Counted from the whole stretch's first letter, positions 51,706 through 62,629 are shown. The stretch is 62,629 bases of DNA, filler included, from Rhabdomonas costata (GCA_019059605.1; 26 parts of 26 records of this genome joined end to end with filler, not necessarily neighbours in it), one strand, 5' to 3'. Made by a program: numbers and translations. The notes: generated from the sequence alone by a model not told the origin.

Positions 51706-52602
51706 ATGATTGGCGTGGAGAGCGTGGAGCGCTTCCTGAGGGCCCACCCCGCGGTGGCCTCAGTACGGCTGGCCAGGGGCCGCGCGGTGGAGCCCGTGGC
51801 GTTGCTTCTTTGGGAAGAGCAGCAACAGCAACGGCATGTCGGAGCAGCACGTCTTCCGTCAGATCTTAGGGAGGTTAGTGTGCTTGTTTTTTTCTCTTCC
51901 TTTTTTCCCCCGTTTTTCTTTCTTTTTCTCGTCTTTCTGTTTTCGGATTGGTTATTTGACCCCACCCCATCCTTCCCTCTCCCTGTCATCGGTTGCGAAG
52001 ATTAGTGGCGCTGATTGGTGTTTAGCCTTTCTATTGGTGTTCTCGTCTCTCTTTTTTATTTTTTTTGCATATTTTTTTGTGGCTCGATCTTGCCGTCGTT
52101 ATGCGTTCGGGTGTGTGAGTTAGGAAATCGGGTGGAAAATCTGCGTGCCGCGTTCTTTTCCCGGAAAACCGCAATTCTTTCTGATGCTTTCGAAATCAAA
52201 AGTTTGGTCGGTATTGGAGCTGGTATATGTCTCCGTTTTTGAGAGTGTTGAGGTGAGGTTTTGACTTGGCCTTTCGTATGACATGCAAGTAAGGGGTCAA
52301 AGCCTTCTTAAATCACTCATGATCGGATTATCTTGCAGCCCGCGGGACGATTTCCGCCACGCGCGCGAAGTATAAGATGAATACATGTGATGTGGGGGCA
52401 TCATGTGCCTCATGTGGTGTGGGGGCATCTATCCCCTACTTGGGAAGACCTTATATGTACCTCTGGTTTTGGGGGGCAGTTCTACTTGCGCTGGGATGGG
52501 TTGGAGCTGACGTGGGAGGCTCGGTGTGCGGGCGGTAGCCGCCCCTTGGGGCTGCTTCAGGTCCCCCCGCTCTCCCAGGCCCGGATTACGTTGGACGACG
52601 CA
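51706..52602 (+). CDS. TPGS2: Tubulin polyglutamylase complex subunit 2 (SMI1/KNR4-like), 5' part; exons 51706-51873, 52480-52602
   Basis: VERFLRAHPAVASV...LLWEEQ...LPSDLRE-FYLRWDGLELTW...PLGLLQV is collinear with TPGS2 (LE..PGV..V...WEQ....P.D...FY...NG...W....PLG). Confidence 0.75.
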
Positions 52603-53558
52603 GTATGCTTTTGTGTTCTCTTTCACACGCTCACTTTCATCACTGTCCTCTTGGAGGACGACTCACCTCAACTCGCTTCAACCCTAGAGGCCACGTCCGA
52701 TGCGTCCCGATGACACAGAAGTGACCAAAGTCTCGAGTGTTGTGCACTCGAACTGCGAAGCCGTCAAGCCAGAAGTCGAGACGGCTGCACACACACGACA
52801 AGGTGGTCGGATGCGTGTGATGCATTCGTGATCCTGCGGTGTCGTTTCGTACCCATGGTATGCTTTTGGCTATGTCGCGCGATTCTTTTTTTTGCGCGGT
52901 CACGGGCCTCCGTCGTCTTCGTCTCAACGCGTACGCTGGTTGGCAGGATTGGGCAAACTTTGTTCCTAAAAGAACGTTTCAAACAAACAACCNNNNNNNN
53001 NNNNNNNNNNNNNNNNNNNNNNNNNNNNNNNNNNNNTTAATTAATTAANNNNNNNNNNNNNNNNNNNNNNNNNNNNNNNNNNNNNNNNNNNNGGGGGGGT
53101 GGCGGAGGCTTGTGATGGTTTTTTTTCAGTGTATTTTCGCCGTTTGCTTCGCTTTGGGTTGCTGTTGTGAGACAATAATGTCTCTGAGTGGCCCAGTTTT
53201 TTTGCTTCTAGTTATGCTGATGATGGTGATGATGATCGGCACCCCGCTGGCAGGTGAGGTGAATTGCATGTTTTCGTCCCTGTTTTAGACATCAGATATA
53301 TGCCAACTTTTGGAAATCTTGTTTGCAGGTGTTGCAAGCCCTGGTACCGAAGCTTCTGCTTCTTTGATGCGTTTTCTGGCCGCAACCTCTGGATCAAGCA
53401 CCTATGTGCTGTCGTGGGTTGGAGGAGTGGAGGACGGGGGGGGGGCTGTCATTGTCCTGCGCGCACTCGTCTCCGCTGCCTGCGCTGTGGTTCAGGGTAC
53501 AGGCCCTTCTTGTGGAAGGCCGTTGTGGTGACGGCGCTCAGCACTTTCCCTCGCCAAG

Positions 53559-55320
53559 GTCTCCTCTGCGGCCCCTGCGGCAGTCCGCTGCCCCTGTCGA
53601 AAGGCTCCACCAGGTGCTATGCGGTTCGGGGATGGCCCAGGCATCGGCTGGGGCGGAGGAGGAGCTGCGGGAGCTGCGGAGGGCGGTTCGTGGCGAAATC
53701 GGGCGCGCGGTGGAGGCGGTGCGGGAGGGGCTGGCGCAGCAAATCAACGTGGACCAGCTTATGTGGAAGGTAGGGAATTGTCCCTCTGTTTTCTTGTCTT
53801 CGGGAAACACGTAAACAATCACACAACTCAGAAGAAAGAATCCTGGTAGTTTTTTGTGCAAGGTATCCTTTCTGACGAAGAGAGTCGACCCTCCCGCCTT
53901 GAGGCAGTGACCGTGGACTTTGTATGGCGGTTGGGCGGGGAAAGGGTTGGGGTGATCTCTGCCTCATGTACAGTTCTTATCTGTAGACCGCGGACAGAAA
54001 CCGGCCGCACGTGTGACGCCGTGCTACACTGCTGTGATGTTCTCCCCTTTTGTTCTTTGTTTCTCTTCGCTTGAAACGAAGGAGTAGGTATCACAGAAAC
54101 TGGAAGTTCCCTTTTGTGGTTCTTCTTCTCTTAGCCTTTACACTCACGTGTGCTTCATTGCATGGGTTCGCCTGAACAATTGGCACCCCGCCCTGCTGCT
54201 TGAGTGTCGTGCTTTGTAGACTGTGTAGCAATGTGCCTTTCCGTCCCCCGGGATGGGCACCATGGCAATCTTGCTGTGCTTCCGGCTCACGCTGGGTGCG
54301 TGGTGGGTGTTAACTAACCTAGCTCGACAGAGCACTGCTCTCTTGTGTAAGTTGTGTTCGGTGGTGCCCCGGTGGACTGCCGGCTAATTTTTCCCAACAG
54401 GATGCTTACCTAGTCGGTGTTCCGATGGTTGATCTCCAGCACAAGCATATCTTCTCCGCTCTGGAGCAACTCGCCAAGGTTGCGCTCAACCAACGTGCGA
54501 ACCGCCACCAGATGGACATCGTATGTCTTTTTACCTTTGCCTCGCCTCCTTCGGGCTTGGATGGGACGAATCGCGTTAATATTTCGTGCGTTATGTCGTA
54601 TTGGCTGCGACGTCCATTGTGTCAGTTTTTCCGAGCAAATGGAGGATGAGAACATGAGCAACCATCGTTCCCACCATGCTAAAACCATGCTAAAACCATG
54701 CTAAAACGTCGCAACGCTCATTAGTTCCATAAAAGCAATATTGTTTCGCGATTCCTCCCTCGGAAGTAACCCCGCTCTCCCAACACCCATGCAGTTGCTT
54801 CGCTATCGTCATCAATGTTTCCCTTTTTTTCTTCCAAGATTCAGTTAGGAACCGGGAACCTCAACCACCGCCCAACCTTGAGCCATCGTAGCCGCTGGGA
54901 GCAGGTTCTGTTTTGTAGATTAACGGGAATGTCCTTGCGGTGATTCAAATATATCGTGGGTGCCGTTGAGGCGCCGTCGTTTTTTTAGCAGCAAGAGGTG
55001 CAGAAAGGAAAGGAGCAAAGCGAGCTGCCAATATGAGCGTTCACACCACCCGTGGGGCCTGCTTTTGATGCGCGAAGCCCATCCCACCCGGGAAATATCG
55101 GTCAATTCATTCAGGGTCAGGCCCTGGGGCGGCTGCTGGAGTCGATGCTGCATGATTTTTTGGCCGAGGAGGGGGTGATGGCCCGAGTGGGGTACCCCCG
55201 GTTGCATGCCCACCGCGTGGTGCACCAGGCCTTTACCCAGCAAGGCCTGGAGCTCCTGTCGCAGTTCCGCGAGGGCACTCTCGTGGTGGAGGGCATGGTG
55301 CTGTCGTCGTTGTTTCAAGG
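53559..55320 (+). CDS. Hemerythrin-domain protein, partial; exons ~53559-53769, 53863-53921, 54401-54520, 55115-55320
   Basis: DAYLVGVPMVDLQHKHIF...LLESMLHDFLAEEGVMARVGYPRLHAHRVVHQAF matches the hemerythrin motifs Y.vG...iD.qH, (H)F..EE..M...YP....H...H. The upstream junction needs one extra base. Confidence 0.8.
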
Positions 55321-55798
55321 GTATCTCCAGGGCATCTCCCAACCAGCCACTCTCCGCACCACTGCCCTCCACACCAGCCAGCACCAAAAAACACAAGGTC
55401 TTNNNNNNNNNNNNNNNNNNNNNNNNNNNNNNNNNNNNNNNNNNNNTTAATTAATTAANNNNNNNNNNNNNNNNNNNNNNNNNNNNNNNNNNNNNNNNNN
55501 NNTCGGGCTGCTCTTCTCTTTTCTCTTTTCCCTGCCTTCCTTTCCTCTGCGCTGACCTCGGCTTCGGGCTGCCTCTCCTTCATAAATTTGTGTGCGTTGA
55601 AAACTGATATCTCGAGTCAAGAAATCTTTTTTGATTTCTGCCTTTCTTAATTCAGCCCTCTCTGTCCCGCAAATCCGACACAAGAAAAAGAAAGAAAAGT
55701 ACCCTCCCGTTCAGTGAGCGCGTTGGGGAAAGGCAGAATCGAGCAGGGGTGGCGACAGAGGGATACAAAGGGAAACGACTGAGAGCAAATACCCAAAC

Positions 55799-57110
55799 CC
55801 CGCGGTTGACTTGCAATATTGCCGCCACAGTGGAAGCCCCAGCGGAGGCCAACTTGTTGGTAGCCAGGTCCAGCTCCGTGAGCCGGGCGTTCGCCTTCAG
55901 GGACTCCAGGACGGCTTCCAGGGTTTCTGGACTGCCCCCCAGGCCGTTGCCCCGCAGCGAAAGCGCCCTGAGGAACTTGTGCCGCGTCAGCATTTCCTTC
56001 ACAGCCTCCGCCGCGGCGGTGGTGCCCTCTTCGTCGTCCTCAGTGGCGATGAAGTCGTTGGAAGAGAGATCCAGCACCTGCCGCGCGCACAGGTGACAGA
56101 GAGTCGTGTGGGGTGTGGGGTCGTGTGGGCGTACCTCTCTTCGCATTGCAGTACCTCTCTTCGCATTCCAAACACATCACGACACAATTGCTGTTGGAAG
56201 ATATGTAGATAAAATACAAGCTTCTCGGTCATGGAGTTCAGGTTGCAACTTTTGATTCACGCGTGGAAAATGATATAGGCATATCAAGGCTTGGGGAGCC
56301 CACCGAGTTCATGGAGGAGGGAAAGAAAGGGGAGGAGGGAGATGGCTCTCGGAGGTGGTTTTGATGGAGTTTGGGGCTTGGTGCGTGCACCTACCTGCAC
56401 GCGGATGCTCTCCCGCACGCCTTGGCACACGGCCTCCACCCCAGCCGGCCCAAGCGCCGCACCACTGAGGTCCACCTGTGAGGGAATGACCCCAGCTGAA
56501 TTAAGTTTGTGTATCACGAACTGTCTGCGATGCTATTTCCCCCCACCATTGACCGCAAGCAAGATTCAAGACCCGAATGTGCATAGCTTTGGGTCCCATC
56601 CCTAATTTCAGCTCGATGCCTTCAACATTGCATTTGTGCCCATCTTCAATTGTGTTATCGATGCACGTTCAACGGTAAACCTACGAACTCCCACGCTCTC
56701 TTCGCAGCCACACGGGGCACGGCAATTCCTTTTCGAATTGTATCCCATTGACAGTATATGGTGCAGTTTTCTGGCCTCCGACAGACCATGGCGCAAAGCC
56801 CAACCTCTTTATGGGCGGAAAACAGAACCCACCTGCAGGTGGTCCTTGCATTAGTTAAATTCAACAAAGGTCTTGCGTCTTGGCCCTCGCTTGAACAAGT
56901 CTGGTGGTTGAGAAACAACTGACAAGACGGGAAGAGGGGGCAAGCCTGCCGAAGGGTCTCACAGCTATCCAGGAGGCTCTTCAGCTTGGTTAGGACAGCG
57001 CGGTTGGGCTCCGCGTCTTTTGCCACGGGGCGCCCCACGCGGTCTTCCGAGAGTCCCAGGTACACTAGGCTCCGGCTGCCCTCCAGGGCCTGCAGCACCG
57101 CATCCACGGC
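55799..57110 (-). CDS. Ribonuclease-inhibitor-like leucine-rich-repeat protein, internal part; exons 57110-56946, 56475-56395, 56077-55799
   Basis: LVYLGLSED, LRQ-VDLSGAALGPAGVEAV, VQ-VLDLSSNDF, LRALSLRGNGLG and LTELDLATNKLASAGA fit LxxLxLxxNxL repeats. Confidence 0.85.
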
Positions 57111-58239
57111 CTATTGTTTGTGGCAGACAGATGCCGATAGAGTTGAGCAAAGTGGAGCATTATTCAGATTACGGCGTTGGCTGATGCGGAGCTGATGACA
57201 CGGGGCATGCACAGTTGGGGGGCGCCCTTTAACGGGTGTTAGACGGGCGTTAGACGTTAGACACACGTTCTCCCTGGGATTCCAACAGAAGTTGTAGGGG
57301 GTTAGGAAGGCAACATACGTGTCCCCTGCGATTCCAACAGAAGGGGCGTGGGTTACACGGATGTCAGACGTTTTGGTCAAACGCACGACACTCCTGCAAC
57401 GGGCACCGTCACGCATCCCCTTTCTAACTGTCCTCGCATCACAACCTTCAGGTGGTGCTGGGCTACAACAGCTCACCCCTTTGAAGTGTTCAATTCCTTG
57501 ACATCCGCTCTCACCTCTCCGACATCGCGGTCCTGCTGCGATGCCTCCTTAATAGTGCTCCGAACAAGCGCGAGCTGAAACATGGCTGGCATCTCCTTGA
57601 CACAGAGGCGTCCTAGAGGTCTCAAGCACCAGTCAAGCCCCATATATGCTGGCGTTACCAGGATGTCGGTGCCTGGCTGCCGAGTGTGGTGTGCGTGCAC
57701 GTGGAGAGGGGAGGGAAGGAGGCCAGAGCCCGTCCACTGCAAACTGCAAACTGCAGCCACTGCAACCACTCCAAACAGTGTGCGAGCTGAAGAAAAGGGC
57801 ACCGCCACCACNNNNNNNNNNNNNNNNNNNNNNNNNNNNNNNNNNNNNNNNNNNNTTAATTAATTAANNNNNNNNNNNNNNNNNNNNNNNNNNNNNNNNN
57901 NNNNNNNNNNNGGCGAGGGGGGGGGGGCGAGAATCTCCTTCCCCGAATTCCCTTCTTTTTCCGAATTCTGGCTTTGACATGGCTGTCATTCGACCCTTCC
58001 TCCTTAGATTTCTTTGTCTCTGTCCCCTTTCATGACTTTGTAAGCAGAAACCCGGCGTGCAATGATCGTGAATGAGGTTGGGGAGGAAAGGTCGCCAGAG
58101 GTCCATCTCTCTCCCTCTATCTCTGTTCACAAGATATATGAGGTACACAAGATCTGTTCACAAGAGTGGTGCAAGTTGGTCTGCTCCGATGTTGCGCTTC
58201 TTAGCATTCCTCTTCCAAGCGCTCACCCATAAACCATAC

Positions 58240-59769
58240 ATTGCCAGACATGATCCGGCACAGCAGCATGTACTTCAGGGCCTTCTTCGCGGCGGGGCAG
58301 AGGGCTTCCAGCGAGTGGTGCGTCTCAAAGGCCTCATAGAAGTAAGAGAACCTGAGAAGAATCCCCAGCCACATCACCACAGTCTCACATTCTCGGATAG
58401 GAGTTTGGCACTCAAACCAACCCGATTGAGCGTCCATCAGAAGCGACCAAATCACTTGGAAAGCCTGACCACCAGCTCTGTGCAGACGCATTTGTGCAGA
58501 CTCCTGATGGCCGTGTGGGTGAGGGCCGAATAAGGTCGCTGTTGGTATACGTGTGCACAGGTGCAAGAAAAAAACGGCGACCCAGTGCCTGGAGAGAAAC
58601 GCAAGAAAGGATGTGGAAAGGATGTCCGCATGCGAGAGAAAAGCAGTGGGGTCAGGGGAGGGGGGAGAGTCCATACGCGGTCTTGAAGTCCTTCTCTTGG
58701 GCGTGCAGCACCCCGCTCATGGAGTCCAGGTGAGCCTTAAGGCGGGAGGTGCCAGTGGGAGTGTGGGGATGCGGGGAGATGGTGGAGTCTGGATTTCCGG
58801 TGTCGAACCCATGATAAAAATCCGTCACCACAGCAGCAGCTGGGTGGAAAAATAAAGCGATAGGATAACGATTGCTACCTTCTTCCGCGTGTCTGAGTCT
58901 CTCCATCTGAGAATCCTTCCGTGGCATCCGTGGCACACCAACAAGAGCTTCCGTTCTCGAACAGTGCCTTGCAACGTTGCCTACTGGGCACACGACGCCC
59001 ACGGAACCACCCCAGCGAGAAAGAGCCTGCTGCTCGCTGCACTGCAAACGAAAGGCACGCTCATATGGTTGCAAGCAAGGCTCACCTGATGAAAATCATG
59101 AAGGTGCGCCTGTGAGCGAGCACACAGAGAGCAACCTGCTGCAGAGGGGGGCAGTAGATCGCGTTGGCTGCGGTGCGCGACGCTACCAGGGCAGCCTGTG
59201 GCGCAAGGGTGGAATGCTCGTAAAAACAGCACCAGCAGACATTCGTTAGGCACGAGGGCAGACAAACGCCAGTGCATAGGGAACGCGCACGAGAAACAAC
59301 GTTGAGAGGGGGGTATTGGTCACCTGTCATATGCTACTTGCGGATTTAAGTCCCTGCAGGGAAAGCACGTCGCGATGATCACTTCCCCCCCTTTCCCCAG
59401 GCCGAATTTCCGCCTCTCCAAACTACCCACCACGTGGACATACATTGCACTACCCAGTGTGGTGGTGAGGCTTCAGGCTTCAACTCGTAAATAAAACAGG
59501 TTAAGGACATTTTCCATTCTACTGGTAAGGTTACCACTGATAACCGGTGCCACTCCTCCCCCTGATGAAGATCATTTGGGTGCAAGACCCCAAAGGGTAA
59601 GGATAAGGGAGAGCCGAAGGTGACCGCCCCACATCCGGACCACCGAAGCCAACGAAGACTTTAGAGAGGCAACCGGCAGGAGACCGGGGAGACATGCAGA
59701 GAGAGGGCAGCGACGCACCTTGGCCTTGGAAAGGTTCTTGAGAGCGTGGTACACCCTGCTCTCCAGCAG
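58240..59769 (-). CDS. RPN6: 26S proteasome lid subunit RPN6 (PSMD11), internal part; exons 59769-59719, 59195-59136, 58735-58677, 58351-58240
   Basis: LLESRVYHALKNLSKAK-AALVASRTAANAIYCPPLQQ-AHLDSMSGVLHAQEKDFKTA-FSYFYEAFE...KALKYMLLCRIM is diagnostic of RPN6. Confidence 0.95.
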
Positions 59770-60036
59770 CTGAAGTAAAAAAAGGTTTGTTCGGGTGGCT
59801 CGGCCAGTTTGGATCTATGCAGCCCGAGGCAAGGAACCACCTTGTTAAACAGAAACCGTAGCAATTACAAGCATTATCTCCTCGCCATTCTTTTGGCTTA
59901 CAGCCGTCTCCGGCCGTGGTAACCATTGCGAACCCCACGAGTTGCAAGGATTGCCCGCCAGGCAAGGAAAAAGGTTGGGCTAAAAGCACACATCAACGCA
60001 AAGCATAGTAGCTTGCAGCTCTGTGATGGGGACTGG

Positions 60037-60214
60037 GGGAGAGGAGTGAACACATCATATGCAGGCCGGTGCAAAGGACACAGCGAGGGGAACAGTTGAA
60101 AAAATGGCTCGATAGAATCCACAGAGAGCGGACCAAGAAGAAAATCCACCATTCTGGTGCGGACATAAATTTGCGCTTTCAAAAACTGGCATATGATGTG
60201 TTCACTCCTCTCCC
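60037..60214. repeat. 26-bp inverted repeat near contig end
   Basis: 60037-60062 is the exact reverse complement of 60189-60214. Confidence 0.9.
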
Positions 60215-60828
60215 TCACCCNNNNNNNNNNNNNNNNNNNNNNNNNNNNNNNNNNNNNNNNNNNNTTAATTAATTAANNNNNNNNNNNNNNNNNNNNNNNN
60301 NNNNNNNNNNNNNNNNNNNNTTTTTCGCTCGAGACCTACCTAAGTGAGAGACAGAGTCCCAGTGTCCCTGTACAGCTTACGCGTGCCCAGCTCCTTCAGT
60401 TTCCTGCTGGGTTGCTTGTAGACGAGGAGCTGGAGTTTCTGACCTGCAGCATACAAAATCATTTCAACCCCAGAGAGCACCCCTCACGCTCTTTTTAAGA
60501 AGTTGCTTAGTTGCTTAGTAGCGTAGTTGCATACCGCGAAAGCGACTATTAGACCAGTGCACCAGCCTAATCCTTCCTGGGCTTGAAATACTTTCCTCTT
60601 CTCTGGCAAAATTTGTCCCGATTCGCCTTCTTTGTTGTCATTTTTTGTGAGCACATCTGTAGGAGAAAGACCTGACCATGGATGGTAACGGTGATGCTAA
60701 TTATTTATCGGGTGCGGCGTAACTTGCGCAAAGGGAACTGCCCCGCTTCGATTGCTTGGCCATCTGCAGTGCTTTGCCTTCACCTTTCTCTCTCCCCCCC
60801 CCTGCTGAGAACTGTTCCGTTCCATTCC

Positions 60829-62567
60829 ATGTTCCCGCGAAAGCGGCCACACGACGGTTGTCCTCCATGGCAGGACTCTGGCATGAGTCGTGGCTTGCCA
60901 AGCTCCAGGTTTGGCTCCCACAGCGGGTTTCGAGATGGCCCCAGCCATTTCTCGGCGCAGTGGGGCGGAACCAGGGACCCTCGGGGCGAAAACAATGATA
61001 CTCAAGGCGGGTGGGGCCAGTCTAGTTATTCCGACTGGAGGGGGGGCAGCAGCGAGTGCGGCCGCTGATCTGCACCAAAGTTTTTAGGGCGATTGTTATC
61101 ATCAGGGGCACGTTATTGCAGCTGGCCCTGCTTAACCTGGTTAACCCAGGCTCGTTCACCTTGGTGCAGTTGTGGGTGGGAATTAAACACGCGAAGCCCT
61201 TTTCTGTTTCTCCTTAATCTTACATCATCCTAAATACAGAGCACCCCCGCTCTGCCCTGGTTCCTTTGACAGCGTTGGACAAAGATACGGTACGAGATAG
61301 CGTGTATTGCGATTGTGCATTGAATATACTTTTATTTGATGACGTTGAATTTTTAATGCAGCGGAGCCACTTTTATTACAAACATTGTTAGAGAGCATAC
61401 ATTGAAACCACTCCCTTTAAACCTTTGGCTTGCCCAGCGGCCAGGGGCAGAAGCTTGCCCGGAGAGCCTTCACCGACGGTGGACCGTTGGGCCTCCACGA
61501 CAGACTCTTCCGGGTCACTGGAGTTTGAGCACCATGAGGGACACGATTTGGCCTCCAAGGATAGTTGCGGTGTGAAAGGCAATGACGCCGAACCTGTGAA
61601 AGATGGGGAGGCGAGCGGATCCAGGCATGCCCCTCATCACCAGCCCAGCTATGTGGAGCTGCAAAGTGGCCGGCTGCGGCTTCCCGTGTGGCGGCACAAA
61701 AAGGACATTGTCGACCTGATGAGGAAGAGTCGCGTGCTGGTAGTCATCGGAGAGACGGGTACGTGCTATTACTTGCATGAATTCTGGCGCAGATTGAGCT
61801 GCAATGCGGAATTTCATTGGGCACTCCTTCTCTTGCGAGCTGCATTGCGTTATGTCGATGTGACGTCTGTTCTTCTGTTGTGTGCTGCTTGGTTTATGCC
61901 TGTCCCTTCACAGGGAGCGGGAAAAGTACCCAGATTCCTCAGTTTCTTCTGGATGCAGGTCGGCATCCTTCTTTCTGTGTCCCCCCCCCAGCCATACCCT
62001 TTGGTGGACATCAGAGCAATATGACGATTCCGTAAAATATGCCCCCTTCCTTGCTCCTTGCTTCTGCCATTGTGCACTATGTGCCTGTGTGAGCCGAAAG
62101 CACAGCCAACAGGTTTTTCAGGGTCACGATAACAAGCATTTGCATCCAATTCAAAAAAATAACGCCAGACCCATACAAAGCGAAAAGCGGATTGGAGCAA
62201 TAATATAAAAAGTAGAAAAATGAAGCAACTGATACCCCCAAAACAAGTAGGTGCGTGCAACGAACTTCAACTGCTGGGTTTTTTGGCCTTGGATATCCTT
62301 CTTTTACTATCAGAACCTAAGTTCTTACGTTACGGTAGAACGATTTGAAAGATTTCAAATCGAACCTCGTTGTCCCACGGTTTCTCAGGCTTTCGCAGCA
62401 TAGCGTGCACCCAGCCCAGGCGAATCTCGGCGATCACGATTGCCCAAAGGGTAGCCCAGGAGCGTGGCGTGCACCCGGGCGCAACGGTGGGGTACTGTGT
62501 GCGGTTTGAGTCAAAATACGGCGCAGAGACCCGGCTGAAGTACGTGACTGATGGTGTCCTGTTGCAG
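60829..62567 (+). CDS. DEAH-box RNA helicase (DHX8/DHX15/DHX33-like), 5' part; exons ~60829-61055, ~61445-61758, 61914-61958, 62389-62567
   Basis: RLRLPVW...[20 protein letters not shown] (motif I), [10 protein letters not shown] (Ia), VGYCVRFE and [10 protein letters not shown] (Ib). The first exon and start are tentative. Confidence 0.92.
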
Positions 62568-62629
62568 GTCTTTCTTGAACCCCCTCCCCTCGTCTCCGCC
62601 CAACCACCCCGCAGGCATGCCTGCCGCAC

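Noticed and set aside
34536..57110. Linking the LRR exons to the PKAR-like domain (kinetoplastid PKAR has an N-terminal LRR), or reading the hemerythrin, ARH and PKAR genes as a cluster
   Set aside because: They are on different contigs joined arbitrarily, so there is no linkage information.
60037..60214. 26-bp inverted repeat as transposon TIRs
   Set aside because: Also terminal in its contig and followed by primer-like C/A bases, so probably a fold-back artefact.
2358..60320. Regularly spaced identical TTAATTAATTAA motifs as a CRISPR-like or biological array
   Set aside because: They sit inside N runs with fixed 44+12+44 geometry. This is an artificial six-frame-stop linker.
1606..62567. 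Euglenid non-conventional (non GT-AG, stem-loop) introns or stop-codon reassignment
   Set aside because: The junctions I could resolve fit GT-AG or GC-AG, apart from one 1-nt phase problem at 53863-53921. Conserved exons contain no in-frame stops.
164..62629. Most ORF-track entries (e.g. 24968-25504, 35393-36040, 46274-47023, 9079-9648)
   Set aside because: No recognisable motifs. They are intron read-through, antisense shadows of real exons, or run into N spacers.
1..62629. tRNA, rRNA, snRNA genes or telomeric arrays
   Set aside because: None recognised by eye. Small RNAs such as snoRNAs cannot be excluded without covariance-model searches.

Overview
This window is not one continuous locus. 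It is 26 unrelated contigs of about 2.31 kb, joined by 25 artificial 100-nt spacers (N44-TTAATTAATTAA-N44), so genes are only real neighbours within a contig. Most contigs start with G/T-only and end with C/A-only bases, and some carry GTGTTTGG or TGTGTTGGG remnants, which suggests degenerate-primer whole-genome amplification. The DNA is eukaryotic and intron-rich (exons mostly 30-250 nt, GT/GC-AG introns of 100-750 nt), so the ORF track misses most genes; I spliced them by hand. Recognisable partial genes: DET1-like histidine phosphatase, GGTase-I beta, a GT-A-like protein, a tandem CCCH protein, a bacterial-type Ig-repeat protein, a DPY-30 domain protein, an L-type lectin, PHGDH, a kinetoplastid-PKAR-like CNB domain, an ARH1-like hydrolase, an EF-hand-like protein, the dymeclin C-terminus, TPGS2, a hemerythrin-domain protein, an LRR protein, RPN6 and a DEAH helicase. 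There are also decayed retroelements. The protein motifs and the GTNY donor bias point to an intron-rich euglenozoan, probably a euglenid or diplonemid (inference). I found no complete multi-gene novel system. The best leads are a nucleoside-type PKAR-like pocket with a C-terminal extension, an ARH1 homologue lacking a catalytic Asp, a hemerythrin with an altered iron ligand, weak GC-AG introns, and a CpG-depleted transposon relic.
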